A stretch of DNA of 33,362 bases from Actinomycetes bacterium (GTDB lineage: Bacteria; Actinomycetota; Geothermincolia; Geothermincolales; JAHEXQ01): the NCBI GenBank assembly GCA_023252035.1, contig JAHEXQ010000004.1, positions 1 to 33,362 of the forward strand, in the 5' to 3' direction. A program made the translations under genes and the position numbers. Below the pieces are notes generated by a model. It was not told the DNA's origin. It did no database searches and was given only the letters and a program-made list of their open reading frames with translations. Each line of letters opens with the position of its first letter. Positions within the stretch are counted from its first letter, which is position 1. Below, in pieces: positions 17,431 to 26,912 of the stretch.

Positions 17431-19386
17431 ATGCGAAAGAGGATGCTGTTCGCTAGTCTGGCCGTGGCTATCATGGCGGCCGGTTTCGCGCTGCCGGCCG
17501 CGCCAGTAGCGATGGCGGCGGAGGCGGCGCCTTACCGCTGGGCCGGGGGCGACGACATCTGCGGATTCCCGCAGCCCGCCACCGTCTTCTACTTCGCCGA
17601 GGGCTGTACCAGGCACGGCTTTGACGAATGGCTCTGCATCCTGAATCCCAGCGACCAGCCGGCGCACATCGGCGTGGGATTCCTTTTTCCCGACGGAGCC
17701 CCCATGTCCCGCTACGACACTCTTCAACCGGGAACCCGCTATACGCTCTACGTGAACCAGCAAGTGGGTCCGGAGCGGGACGTCTCCGTCACCGTGGCCT
17801 CGGACGTGCCCATCGTGGCGGAGAGGCCCATGTACTTTAACTACCGCGGCGTCTGGGCCGGCAACCATGTTGCGGCGGGTTCGAGCGTTAAATCCACCGA
17901 ATGGTATTTCGCGGAAGGAACCACGCGCGCGGGGTTCGAAGAATGGCTCTGCGTGCTGAACCCCGATGCGGGCACGGCCCAGGTCCAGGTGGAGCTCATG
18001 GAGGCCGGCGGTATCGCGGGCAAGTGGAGCTTCCCCGTGGGCCCCTATTCGCGCGGCACCCTCTCCGTCAATGCGCTGGCGGGGCCGAACAAAGACGTAT
18101 CTATCCGGGCGAGTTCGGATGCGCCCGTGGTGGCCGAGCGGCCCATGTACTTCAATTACATAAAGGGGATCAGCGGGGGGCACGATGCCATGGGGGCCCC
18201 CGCCATCTCCACCGCCTGGTATTTCGCCGAGGGCACCACACGGGCCGGGTTCGACGAATACCTCTGCATGTTCAATCCGGGTTCGGAGACGGCCACCGCC
18301 AACGTGGCTTTTCTGACCTCAGGGGGCGCCTCGGTAACCCGCAGCGTGAAGGTACAGCCGCGGAGCCGTTCTACCATGGTCGTGCGGAGCGAGGTGGGTG
18401 ACGGGAAGGACGTCTCCATCCAGCTCGGTTCGGACAAACCGATAGTCGCAGAGCGGCCCATGTACTTCAGCTATGCGGGCGGCGTGGGAGGTGGCTCTGT
18501 CGCTTCGGGCAGCTCGACGCCCTCGAAGACCTGGTATTTCGCCGAAGGTTGCACGCGGGCCGGCTTCGATGAATGGCTGATCCTTATGAATCCGGCGACC
18601 CAGAGTGCCGACGTACAGGTCAGGTACTTGACGGGCGCGACCAGCGTCACGACCGCGTACAAGGTGGAGCCGGGCACGCGAGCCACCGTGCGGGTCAACG
18701 GTGAAGTGGGGGTGGACCAGGACGTGGGAATGGTAATCACTTCCAGCCAGGGCATCGTCGCTGAACGGCCCATCTACCTGCAATATCTCCCGCTGAGCGG
18801 GCCTACGCCCTTCGTCCTGGCTACGGTGGACGGGCTCACGCTGCTGGGCCCGGTCTCTTACGAGCAACTGGTGGGCATCATGTACCATGAGGCGCCGGTG
18901 TCCGATGTCGGCGCCGGCTCAGCCAACGCCAGGACCATGCAGCCGCAGGGCGGCTGCATGGGCAACGACAATTACGACAACACCCCCACGGACCTGATGC
19001 TCGGCCCTGCCGGCGATCCCTACTACTGGATCGAGGCCAGCCGCTACCGGGGCACCAATGCGACCACGGCCGTGGATGTGGGCTCACGCGCCGGCTGCCC
19101 GGTACTGGCGCCGGTCACCGGAACGGTGGAGGTGGCCTCGCCCTACATGCTCTATAACGCCTACCACGACAACGTCGTGAAGATCAGGCCCGACGGGCGT
19201 GCGGACGTCGTCGTGGAACTCCTGCATATGGGCGCGCTGACAGTCAAAGTGGGGGACCGGGTGCAGGCGGGGGTCAGCGTGGTCGGGACGGTCAACGACC
19301 TTTCCAGGTATTTTCAGTCAGATATCGGCTACTACTACACGGGCGAAGACGGCAACCACGTGCACGTGGAGGTCGACGGCCAGTAA
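17431..19386 (+). CDS. Secreted protein with four ~105-aa repeats (DUF5719-like) and a C-terminal M23-peptidase-like domain
   Basis: Signal peptide; four YFAEG.TR.GF.E.L...NP ... VAERP.Y repeats; D......V.AP.TGTV, H, V..GD.V.AG, HVHVEV. Confidence 0.8.
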   Translation: MRKRMLFASLAVAIMAAGFALPAAPVAMAAEAAPYRWAGGDDICGFPQPATVFYFAEGCTRHGFDEWLCILNPSDQPAHIGVGFLFPDGAPMSRYDTLQPGTRYTLYVNQQVGPERDVSVTVASDVPIVAERPMYFNYRGVWAGNHVAAGSSVKSTEWYFAEGTTRAGFEEWLCVLNPDAGTAQVQVELMEAGGIAGKWSFPVGPYSRGTLSVNALAGPNKDVSIRASSDAPVVAERPMYFNYIKGISGGHDAMGAPAISTAWYFAEGTTRAGFDEYLCMFNPGSETATANVAFLTSGGASVTRSVKVQPRSRSTMVVRSEVGDGKDVSIQLGSDKPIVAERPMYFSYAGGVGGGSVASGSSTPSKTWYFAEGCTRAGFDEWLILMNPATQSADVQVRYLTGATSVTTAYKVEPGTRATVRVNGEVGVDQDVGMVITSSQGIVAERPIYLQYLPLSGPTPFVLATVDGLTLLGPVSYEQLVGIMYHEAPVSDVGAGSANARTMQPQGGCMGNDNYDNTPTDLMLGPAGDPYYWIEASRYRGTNATTAVDVGSRAGCPVLAPVTGTVEVASPYMLYNAYHDNVVKIRPDGRADVVVELLHMGALTVKVGDRVQAGVSVVGTVNDLSRYFQSDIGYYYTGEDGNHVHVEVDGQ

Positions 19387-19404
19387 CCCCGCAGGGCTGG
19401 CTAT

Positions 19405-20544
19405 TCACGATACCGATGCATCCATCAAACCCTGGATATTCACGAAAGTAACGGAGATGTTGGCGATCTTCCGCCGGAAAGCCCTATCTACATCTGCTGC
19501 TACAACGAAATTGGCTCCATGCGCATATCTTTCGCGAAATGCTCGCATGCCGCGAGCATCAAAGTTGTCAGCCGACCATTTGCACTCGATCACGTCCGGG
19601 TTCTTGCCGTGCTTGAGCAACACGAAATCCACTTCGTGCCCGCGCTTATCACGCCAATAGCGGATCCAAGGGCCATAGCCACGGCTCTGCAACTCATTCA
19701 GGACATAATGTTCCCAAAGGATTCCTAGATCTTCCTGTCGCAGCTCCCTCCAACCTTTGAAGTAATTGACGAAACCCGTATCGAATGCGTAGACCTTGGG
19801 GGCAGAGATGATCTCTGTTGAAGTCCGTGTGGAAAAGGGTCTGATCACATGGGCAACCCATGTCGCCTCCAAGACCTTCAGATAATTGGAGACCGAGGTT
19901 CTGCTCAGTTCGGTGACCCTGGCAAAGGTAGTCGCTTTAAATATCCCGCCGCTGCGTGAGAAGAGCAACTCCAGCAATCTTTGGAACGAGTGGCGGCGTT
20001 CCAGCCGAAAGAGTTCCTGAATGTCTTTGGCCCAGAAGGAATCGATCCACTCCTGGAAATCCCTTTCCTCCGGTTCTCCTCGCAGGAAAAAGGGAGGTAG
20101 TCCTCCGCTTGTTAAGCGATGACGGAGATCGGTATCACCGAAGTCCTGCTGATCCTGGCTCATCATAGGGGTCAACCATATCTCACGTTTTCTTCCGGTG
20201 CGCGTATCTCGGAACTTAGCGGACGCTTGCAGGGTTGATGACCCCGTGGCAAGGATTCGCGTCTTCGGAAAATGGTCGGCCGCAATCTTCAGAAGCTCGG
20301 TCGGATTCTCAAGCCTGTGGATCTCATCCAGGACTATTCTCTTGCCTTGATGGTCCGTCAGGAACGATTCAGGGTCATCCATAAGCCGCCTGACACGGGG
20401 CAACTCGCAATCGAAGTACTCAGTGCGATCCAGGCTCTGACTGAGCACGGTCTTGCCGACACGCCGCACGCCGGAAAGCCATACCAGGGGGCGGGCCTGC
20501 CAGGCTTCTTCGATTTGTGCCAGCCAATAGCTTCGAATCTTCAT
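19405..20544 (-). CDS. AAA_14 ATPase with DUF4143 domain
   Basis: Walker A GVRRVGKT, Walker B LDEIH, TGSS, GGLP, PKVY.FDTG, YWRD...EVDF ... IECK; visibly lower GC. Confidence 0.88.
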   Translation of the reverse strand: MKIRSYWLAQIEEAWQARPLVWLSGVRRVGKTVLSQSLDRTEYFDCELPRVRRLMDDPESFLTDHQGKRIVLDEIHRLENPTELLKIAADHFPKTRILATGSSTLQASAKFRDTRTGRKREIWLTPMMSQDQQDFGDTDLRHRLTSGGLPPFFLRGEPEERDFQEWIDSFWAKDIQELFRLERRHSFQRLLELLFSRSGGIFKATTFARVTELSRTSVSNYLKVLEATWVAHVIRPFSTRTSTEIISAPKVYAFDTGFVNYFKGWRELRQEDLGILWEHYVLNELQSRGYGPWIRYWRDKRGHEVDFVLLKHGKNPDVIECKWSADNFDARGMRAFRERYAHGANFVVAADVDRAFRRKIANISVTFVNIQGLMDASVS

Positions 20545-20630
20545 GCAAATAGTATTTCATATAGTGACACCAAATGCAATTCTATTTGCACTTGGTAAAA
20601 CGATTACCGGCGTCACCCGGCGAAGTTCGC

Positions 20631-21371
20631 TTACTGGGTGATCTCGCTGATGGGGACGTTCACCAACGGGGTCGAGGAGTACTGGGTCGTGCCCAAGTTG
20701 GGATCGATAGCCATGCTGGGAGAGGTGAAGCTACCGGTCACCGCTGTGCTGCCTACCCGATGGTACTCGAAATGTGTTCTCTGCCAGGAATAGTTCAGAT
20801 CCACGAGGCTGTCGTTCACCACCTGCTGCAACCCCACCGCCTCGACATAAGCCCTGGCCGGGTCTATGGCCGCGCCATGGGTGTCAAAGGTGAAGAACAC
20901 CTTCGTCGCCGGGCCGCCCGAATAGCTGGGGTAGCGCACCAGAGGACGCCAGATGAAGGAATCTTTGACGGCGTCCTTGCCGAAGAGCCAGAAGGTCCCG
21001 CTTCCAGTGTGTAATTTCAGCTGCAGCGGTGTGAATGACCCGGGAGGCTCGATGTTCAGGTTGGTGGGCCACTCGATGGTTATGTACAGGTGCACGAAAT
21101 TGGCCGAGTTGAAGGTGTCATGGCCCTGCAGGCCCCGGTAGTCGTTGATGATGGTGCTCTGGGGGTCGAGATCATCGGAGGGAACGATGTTGGTGAGGGT
21201 GTATCTATAGTCTCCCCAGGTTACGCCGGGTTTGGCGGGCGCGGCTGTGGTAGCCTGCGCCGCCTGCGTCTCCGCGACGACCTGCGGCAGCCGGCTCGCC
21301 AGGGGCAATCCCACAAATGTCGCCATCAGCGTCAGGAAAAAGATACCGGTGGCAACCGCCTTCTTTACCAC
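20631..21371 (-). CDS. Hypothetical secreted protein
   Basis: Signal-peptide-like N-terminus, Ala/Thr linker, beta-rich body, GC3-biased codons; no recognised family. Confidence 0.65.
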   Translation of the reverse strand: MVKKAVATGIFFLTLMATFVGLPLASRLPQVVAETQAAQATTAAPAKPGVTWGDYRYTLTNIVPSDDLDPQSTIINDYRGLQGHDTFNSANFVHLYITIEWPTNLNIEPPGSFTPLQLKLHTGSGTFWLFGKDAVKDSFIWRPLVRYPSYSGGPATKVFFTFDTHGAAIDPARAYVEAVGLQQVVNDSLVDLNYSWQRTHFEYHRVGSTAVTGSFTSPSMAIDPNLGTTQYSSTPLVNVPISEITQ

Positions 21372-21467
21372 TTCTACCTAGCTTCTCCGTCTATCTCCAC
21401 CTCAACCATCCCTACCGGTGGGCATCTCGCGGCAATAATCTCCCGAAAGGGGCTTCTTAACTTTACT

Positions 21468-21495
21468 ATATCGACACGACGCTTAAAACTCTTGA
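21468..21495 (-). promoter_or_regulatory. Putative sigma28 (FliA/WhiG/SigD)-type promoter
   Basis: Minus strand TCAA-N16-GTCGATAT about 100 nt upstream of the 21371 start. Confidence 0.4.
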
Positions 21496-21583
21496 TATGC
21501 TGCAGGCTTAAGCGAAGCTGGCTGGGTTGTCAGCGGCAATAAGGGTGGTTCGGCCGGCCGGACGCGCCGGCCGTGCTATCGCC

Positions 21584-24307
21584 CTAGACATTCTCAAAGG
21601 CCATGGAGTCCACCACCGAGGTATAAGCTACGACGCTGCGATTCACTGCGCTCATGGCGGCGGATATGCCGTCCTTCAGGAAGTCGTCCTCCACCACTTG
21701 CTGGATCTGGCGGAGTATGTCGAGCACCTGCTTCATGGACCGCACGAAGTCCCCGGCGGAGTACTGTGGATAGGTGTCCATGATGTACTCCAACTCCATC
21801 CCCTCGGCCCAGTCGTAAACCACGTTCACGAAGCCGATGTCCGTCTGCCGGAGGAGGTCCAGGCTCTCCGCTTGCTCCACGGATTTAAGCTTGGCTTCCA
21901 TCGCGCGGGCGCGGGCGATAGCCGCTCGCAGCTTGGGGCGCCTCACCTCGCGCAGCATCAGCGGCCGGATGAGTCTGCCGCCTCGCCAGCGGGGCGCGCC
22001 GCCGTCCCGGGATTCGAAGACGAAAATTGAGGCGAACGCCGCCAACTCCGATGGTTCCAGTTCGTGGAAAACGCCCGCGCTGAGACATTCGGTCAGCAGG
22101 AGGTCGCACTCGTTGTGGATGGCGGAGAGCATGACGCCCTTATGTGTCGGCCGGTCGTCATCCAGGTATCCAAGCTGGTTCAGGACTGCGCGCACATTCT
22201 GCAGCTTTCGAGAAGCCACATCGCTGCGAGCTCCCATCTGCCGCCTTAGCTCCTCCATCTCCTTATGGAGGATGCCGGCAGTGCGGGCTGCGTTCTGACA
22301 TTCCTCGCGCCGCTCGCACTGGTGGCAGGGATGCAGCTCCAGGTCCGCGCGAGTCTCCTCGACCTCCTGGCGCAGCGTGCGGTCCGGATGGTCCTCCTCC
22401 AGCTCCTCAGTGGGCAGCCGGGGAGGCAGCTCGAACTTGGCCAGCGCGTCCATGAGGAACTTCCTGTTCTTCTTGGTCACCGGTGAAAGGTGTTTCTCCT
22501 CGATGTGGCCGATGGCCTGCGGCGGCGTCCGGAAATGCCGGTAGATGGCGTTGAGGTAGCGCCCATACCGGTCCAGGACTTTGATGCGCGGATTGCCCAC
22601 CTTATCCTCTCCCATACTCAGGACCACCGCGGCGCGCCGTTTACCGCTGCGGTCTATCACCAGCACGTCGCCGGCGACCAACTCCTGCAACTCGTGGTTT
22701 ATGGCTTCGGCCTTGCGCCGGTGGTGCCGCAAGGCCAACTCCTTCTCCAGCCGGGAGAGACGAGCACGCGCCTCCAGATAGTCCTCGGCCTCAGCCCGCT
22801 CGCAGGACATCTTCTCGAAGAGCTTCTTGATACGCCCTTCCAGCTTTTTCAAGTTGCGCTCCAGGCGCACGACTTCCTTGTCCGCGTGATACTGCGCGAA
22901 GCTCAGGTTCAGAACGTGGACCGCTTCGGTGAAGTCGTAGTTCCTGAGCAGGTTGGCGGCCATGTTGTAGGAGATGCCGAAGCTGGAGGTGATGGGCAGG
23001 CTCGCGGTGCGCGCCAGATGCTGCACCTCACCCAGGGTGACGAAGGGGCTGTAGAGGATGACGGCGTTGCCCACCTTATCGATGCCGCGCCGTCCCGCCC
23101 GCCCGGTGAACTGGGTGTACTGCGTGGAGGTGAGCATCTCGTGGGTCTCCCCCTGGAACTTGTAGAGCGACTCGATGACGCAGGTCTTGGCGGGCATGTT
23201 GATGCCCAGGGAGAGGGTCTCCGTGGCGAAGACCACCTTGACCAGGCCTTGTGCGAAGAGATCCTCGACTATCTCCTTGAAGATGGGCAAGAGGCCTGCG
23301 TGGTGGGCGGCCAGCCCCAGCTTCAGCGAGTTCAGGAAGTGATCGAAGCCGAAGACCCGCAGGTCCTCTTCGGGCAGCCAGGCGGCCCTCTCCAGCGCTT
23401 GCTTCTCGATGACGGCCTTCTCCTCAGGGGTGGTCAGGTCCAGTCCGTCCTCCCGGCAGTGCATGACTGCGGCGTCGCATCCGGCCCGGGAGAATATGAA
23501 GTAGATGGCGGGCAGCATCTTCGACTGGCCCAGACGGTAGGCGACCTGGGACCGCTTCGGTATCAGGTTGCGGGAGGCGCGCGCCTGGGCTTTCTCCCCG
23601 TTGCTCTTTCCGCCCTTGCTCCTGGCGGCCTGCTCCGCGCTGCACACGGTGCGCTCGGCGTTGTCCGAGAAGAGGTTCACCATGGTGCCGTTGATGAAGT
23701 AGTAGTGGCGCAGGGGTACTGGCCGGCGCTCGCTCTGGACGACGACCATCTCGCCGCGCAGGTCGTTCATCCAGCCTCCGAAGTCATCCGGATTGGCCAC
23801 GGTCGCCGACAGGCCCACGATCTTGACGTCGGCGGGCAGGAGGATGATTATCTCCTCCCAGACCGCTCCCCGGAATGGGTCGGTCAGGTAGTGGCACTCG
23901 TCCAGGATCACGTACCGTAGGTCCGTCAGGGTCTCGGACTGCTCGTAGATCATGTTTCGCAGGATCTCGGTGGTCATTATTATGAGTGGCGCCTCCGGGT
24001 GGATGGTGTTGTCTCCCGTCAAGAGGCCGACCTTGCCGTCGCCGTAAATGCGTGAGAAGTCGCGGAACTTCTGGTTGCTCAGGGCTTTGAGCGGGGTGGT
24101 GTAGAAGGCCTTCGCGCCGGAATTCTGCGCCAGGAATACGGCGTACTCGGCTACGACCGTCTTGCCGGAGCCGGTGGGGGCGACGACCAGGACGGAGCTG
24201 TCGGAGTTCAAGCTCTCAATGGCCGCCCGCTGAAAATCATCCAGGGGAAAGGGGTAGTTTCTCTCGAATTCCTCAAGGTAACGTGCTGCTGCTTTATTCG
24301 GTTCCAT
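21584..24307 (-). CDS. helY: Ski2-like DEAD/DEAH RNA helicase (HelY-like, DSHCT C-terminus)
   Basis: APTGSGKT, P.KALSNQK, DECH, LSAT, HHAGLLP, ATETL..GINMPA, Q..GRAGRRG.D, AGDFVR. Confidence 0.88.
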   Translation of the reverse strand: MEPNKAAARYLEEFERNYPFPLDDFQRAAIESLNSDSSVLVVAPTGSGKTVVAEYAVFLAQNSGAKAFYTTPLKALSNQKFRDFSRIYGDGKVGLLTGDNTIHPEAPLIIMTTEILRNMIYEQSETLTDLRYVILDECHYLTDPFRGAVWEEIIILLPADVKIVGLSATVANPDDFGGWMNDLRGEMVVVQSERRPVPLRHYYFINGTMVNLFSDNAERTVCSAEQAARSKGGKSNGEKAQARASRNLIPKRSQVAYRLGQSKMLPAIYFIFSRAGCDAAVMHCREDGLDLTTPEEKAVIEKQALERAAWLPEEDLRVFGFDHFLNSLKLGLAAHHAGLLPIFKEIVEDLFAQGLVKVVFATETLSLGINMPAKTCVIESLYKFQGETHEMLTSTQYTQFTGRAGRRGIDKVGNAVILYSPFVTLGEVQHLARTASLPITSSFGISYNMAANLLRNYDFTEAVHVLNLSFAQYHADKEVVRLERNLKKLEGRIKKLFEKMSCERAEAEDYLEARARLSRLEKELALRHHRRKAEAINHELQELVAGDVLVIDRSGKRRAAVVLSMGEDKVGNPRIKVLDRYGRYLNAIYRHFRTPPQAIGHIEEKHLSPVTKKNRKFLMDALAKFELPPRLPTEELEEDHPDRTLRQEVEETRADLELHPCHQCERREECQNAARTAGILHKEMEELRRQMGARSDVASRKLQNVRAVLNQLGYLDDDRPTHKGVMLSAIHNECDLLLTECLSAGVFHELEPSELAAFASIFVFESRDGGAPRWRGGRLIRPLMLREVRRPKLRAAIARARAMEAKLKSVEQAESLDLLRQTDIGFVNVVYDWAEGMELEYIMDTYPQYSAGDFVRSMKQVLDILRQIQQVVEDDFLKDGISAAMSAVNRSVVAYTSVVDSMAFENV

Positions 24308-24313
24308 GTACCC

Positions 24314-24411
24314 ATTGTAGCAGACGCCGTTCAGGAGGCCGGATGAGGCATGCCCTTCGTGCCCCTTTCCTTTTGCCGCCATGCAGGTCTCGGGCTCTTA
24401 GGGCATACTAT
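24314..24411. promoter_or_regulatory. Divergent leaderless-type promoters for helY and GNAT
   Basis: Minus: TGc-TACAAT-6 nt-ATG(24307). Plus: TACTAT(24406-24411)-6 nt-ATG(24418). No strong SD. Confidence 0.6.
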
Positions 24412-24417
24412 AAGGCG

Positions 24418-25266
24418 ATGAAAGACGTTATGAAGATCAGGCTACTGGCCCCCTCGGAGACACGCCTGGCGCTCAACCTGCTGGGTGGGGATCCCGTGCT
24501 CAACCAGGGCCTCATCCACAACATCGTCAAGTCGGGCCTGAATAACCTGGGCCTGATCGGGCAGGGCTCCTACCTCGGTCTGTTCGCCGACGGCGACCTG
24601 GTCGCCCTGCTCTGCCACGACAACCAGGGCATCTGGAGATTTCACGTGAACCAGCCGGCGGAACTGCTTGAGCTGGCCGATGCGGCGCTGCGGCAGGGGA
24701 TGCGCCCCGTGCTCGTCATGGGCGAGGCCAGGCTCATGGAGGATTTGCTCACCGCTATGGCGCGCGAAATGGGATATCTGAAGCTCGTGGAGGACGAGGT
24801 TATGCTGCTCCTGGCGGGGCCGGATTTCCGGCCCCGCCAGGACCGGGAGTCGCGCTACGCGGTCTCCGACGATTTGGAGCAGGTAGCGGCGCTGGAGGAG
24901 GGGCTGCAGCGTGAGCTGCTGGGGCCGGATGGCTGGCGCAAGGCGGCGGTGCGGCGTTACGCCGCCGAGCTGATTCAGAAGCGGGATACCGTCTTCTGCG
25001 AGGCGGATGGCCGGGCGGTGTCCAAAGCGGACCTGGAGGTCCGCATCACCGGGGTGGCGAGCCTGGGCGGCGTCTTTACGCTCGCAGCCTACCGCGGACG
25101 CGGCTACGCCGCGTCCGCCTGTTCCCTGCTCTGCTCGGATATCCTGGCCTCCGGCGCCGGCGTCACCCTCAATACCGACGCGCACAACCTCCCCGCCCTC
25201 GCTCTCTACCGCTCGCTCGGGTTCCACAAGCACCGGGACTATAAGGTGGCGGTCTTCAACGCATGA
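24418..25266 (+). CDS. GNAT-family N-acetyltransferase (C-terminal GNAT domain)
   Basis: GGVFT..AYRGRGYA, N.PA.ALYRSLGF. Confidence 0.85.
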   Translation: MKDVMKIRLLAPSETRLALNLLGGDPVLNQGLIHNIVKSGLNNLGLIGQGSYLGLFADGDLVALLCHDNQGIWRFHVNQPAELLELADAALRQGMRPVLVMGEARLMEDLLTAMAREMGYLKLVEDEVMLLLAGPDFRPRQDRESRYAVSDDLEQVAALEEGLQRELLGPDGWRKAAVRRYAAELIQKRDTVFCEADGRAVSKADLEVRITGVASLGGVFTLAAYRGRGYAASACSLLCSDILASGAGVTLNTDAHNLPALALYRSLGFHKHRDYKVAVFNA

Positions 25267-25300
25267 GTAGACAAACAGTGCAGGGCACTGTTTGTCTACT
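25266..25300. repeat. REP-like palindrome, family B (may double as terminator)
   Basis: agtagacaaacagtgc-agg-gcactgtttgtctact, 16-bp perfect arms, followed by tcttgtt. Confidence 0.85.
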
Positions 25301-25383
25301 TCTTGTTGGGGCGTGGATAATAACTATAATGTTTATACTGGGGCTGCCGGAAAATAGAAACGGATCATAAGAAAGGTGAGCTC

Positions 25384-26886
25384 ATGGAACTGGAAGGACG
25401 CTTTAGACCCAAGAGGATAATCGATAATCCTTCCGATGAGGAACTGCGCGCATGGGCGCTCGAACAGGGAGGCATCATAACCCAGGCCGGCAATCTCGCG
25501 GTGGTTACCGAGGTACGCAACCGCAGCGCCAAGTTCACCGAGGTCTTCCACAACAAGAAGCCCAGCCCCGAGACGGAGATACTCCTCCAGGATGTCTTCG
25601 ACTATATCAAGGGCCAGGAGATGATCCGCCTGGACCGGGTCATGTGCCTGCACGAGAACTTCCGATTCCGGGCGCGCGTGTATGTCACCAACGGCTTCGC
25701 CCGCATCCCCCTCATGTGGGGAAATACCCTCTTCATACCGGAGAATCCGGATGCGGAGCCGGATTTCGTCACCATTACCGTCCCGGAGTGGCCGGACCGC
25801 CGCGTTCTGGTATTTCCGGATGAGGGATACACCATCATCTTGGGCACGGACTACAAGGGCGAGAACAAGAAGGCCATGCTGCGCCAGCTGATGTACAGGG
25901 TGAAGAAAGGCGGCTGTCTGGGCCTCCATGCCGGCTCCAAGATAATCCGCGTGAAGGACGGAGATGGGCTTCGGGACTGCGGGTTGCTCTTCTTCGGGCT
26001 CTCGGGTACGGGCAAGACCAGCCTCACCTGCCATTCGCACTGGCTGGATTTCCCCGAGCGCGTCATCATCCGCCAGGATGACGTGGTCATCCTGCAGCCG
26101 GACGGCAGGTCCCTGGGCACCGAGGACTCCTATTACGTAAAGACGGACGCCCTGGACCTGGAGAGCCAGCCGCTGCTCTATGCCGCTTGCCTCAGCCCGC
26201 GCGCCATCCTGGAGAACGTTATGATCCACCCGGAGAGCCGGCGCATAGACTTCAACGACACCAGCCTCACCTCCAATGGCCGGGCCATGGTGAAGCGCTC
26301 GGATGTGGCCTTCACCGACAGCAGCATCGACCTGCCCCGGGTGAACTACGTCATCTTTATCACCCGGCGCAACGACGTGGTACCGCCCATTGCCAAGCTG
26401 AGCCCCGAGTGGGGCGCGGCGGCTTTCATGCTGGGCGAGTCCATTGAGACCTCAGCCGGCGATCCCACCATGGCGGGCCGGGCCATCCGGGTCGTCGGCA
26501 CCAATCCCTTCATTGTGGGCTCCGAGGCCGAGGAGGGGAACATCTTCCTGGACATACTCCGCAAGAACCCCGATATCCAGTGCTACAACCTGAACACTGG
26601 TATGTTCGGGGGCAGCGAGGGAGAGAACATCACGGTGAAGGACTCCGTGCGCATCATCGAGATGATAGCCCGGGGTACCATAAAATGGAAGCAGGACGGC
26701 TATTGGGGTTTCGATGTCGCAGAGGAGATACCCGGAATCGACATGGAGCGCTTCAAGCTGGCCAACTACTACGAGCCGGCTGAGAGCGAGGCTCTCTCGG
26801 CGGCTCTCCGCAAAGAACGGGTGGAGTGGCTGGAGCGTTTCGAGGATCTGGACCCGAAAATCATCAACGCAATCCGTGGACAGTAA
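25384..26886 (+). CDS. pckA: Phosphoenolpyruvate carboxykinase (ATP-type)
   Basis: RNRSAK, DYKGENKK, LHAGSK, FGLSGTGKTSL, QDD, E...Y.KT, ENV, T.NGR, LNTG. Confidence 0.9.
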   Translation: MELEGRFRPKRIIDNPSDEELRAWALEQGGIITQAGNLAVVTEVRNRSAKFTEVFHNKKPSPETEILLQDVFDYIKGQEMIRLDRVMCLHENFRFRARVYVTNGFARIPLMWGNTLFIPENPDAEPDFVTITVPEWPDRRVLVFPDEGYTIILGTDYKGENKKAMLRQLMYRVKKGGCLGLHAGSKIIRVKDGDGLRDCGLLFFGLSGTGKTSLTCHSHWLDFPERVIIRQDDVVILQPDGRSLGTEDSYYVKTDALDLESQPLLYAACLSPRAILENVMIHPESRRIDFNDTSLTSNGRAMVKRSDVAFTDSSIDLPRVNYVIFITRRNDVVPPIAKLSPEWGAAAFMLGESIETSAGDPTMAGRAIRVVGTNPFIVGSEAEEGNIFLDILRKNPDIQCYNLNTGMFGGSEGENITVKDSVRIIEMIARGTIKWKQDGYWGFDVAEEIPGIDMERFKLANYYEPAESEALSAALRKERVEWLERFEDLDPKIINAIRGQ

Positions 26887-26912
26887 AGGCGCACAGCGAG
26901 GGGGTGAGCGCG

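Noticed and set aside
17581-18790. Regularly spaced DNA repeats suggesting CRISPR or DGR
   Set aside because: They are ~315-bp protein-domain repeats with synonymous divergence; no spacers, cas or reverse transcriptase genes
22490-23920. Long antisense ORFs (also 3995-5026, 6400-7302, 25333-26229, 27633-28967)
   Set aside because: Shadow frames opposite well-supported genes, expected from high GC3; no recognisable motifs
24308-24382. N-terminal extension of the helicase in the ORF track
   Set aside because: Overlaps the divergent promoter region; ATG 24307 fits a leaderless start
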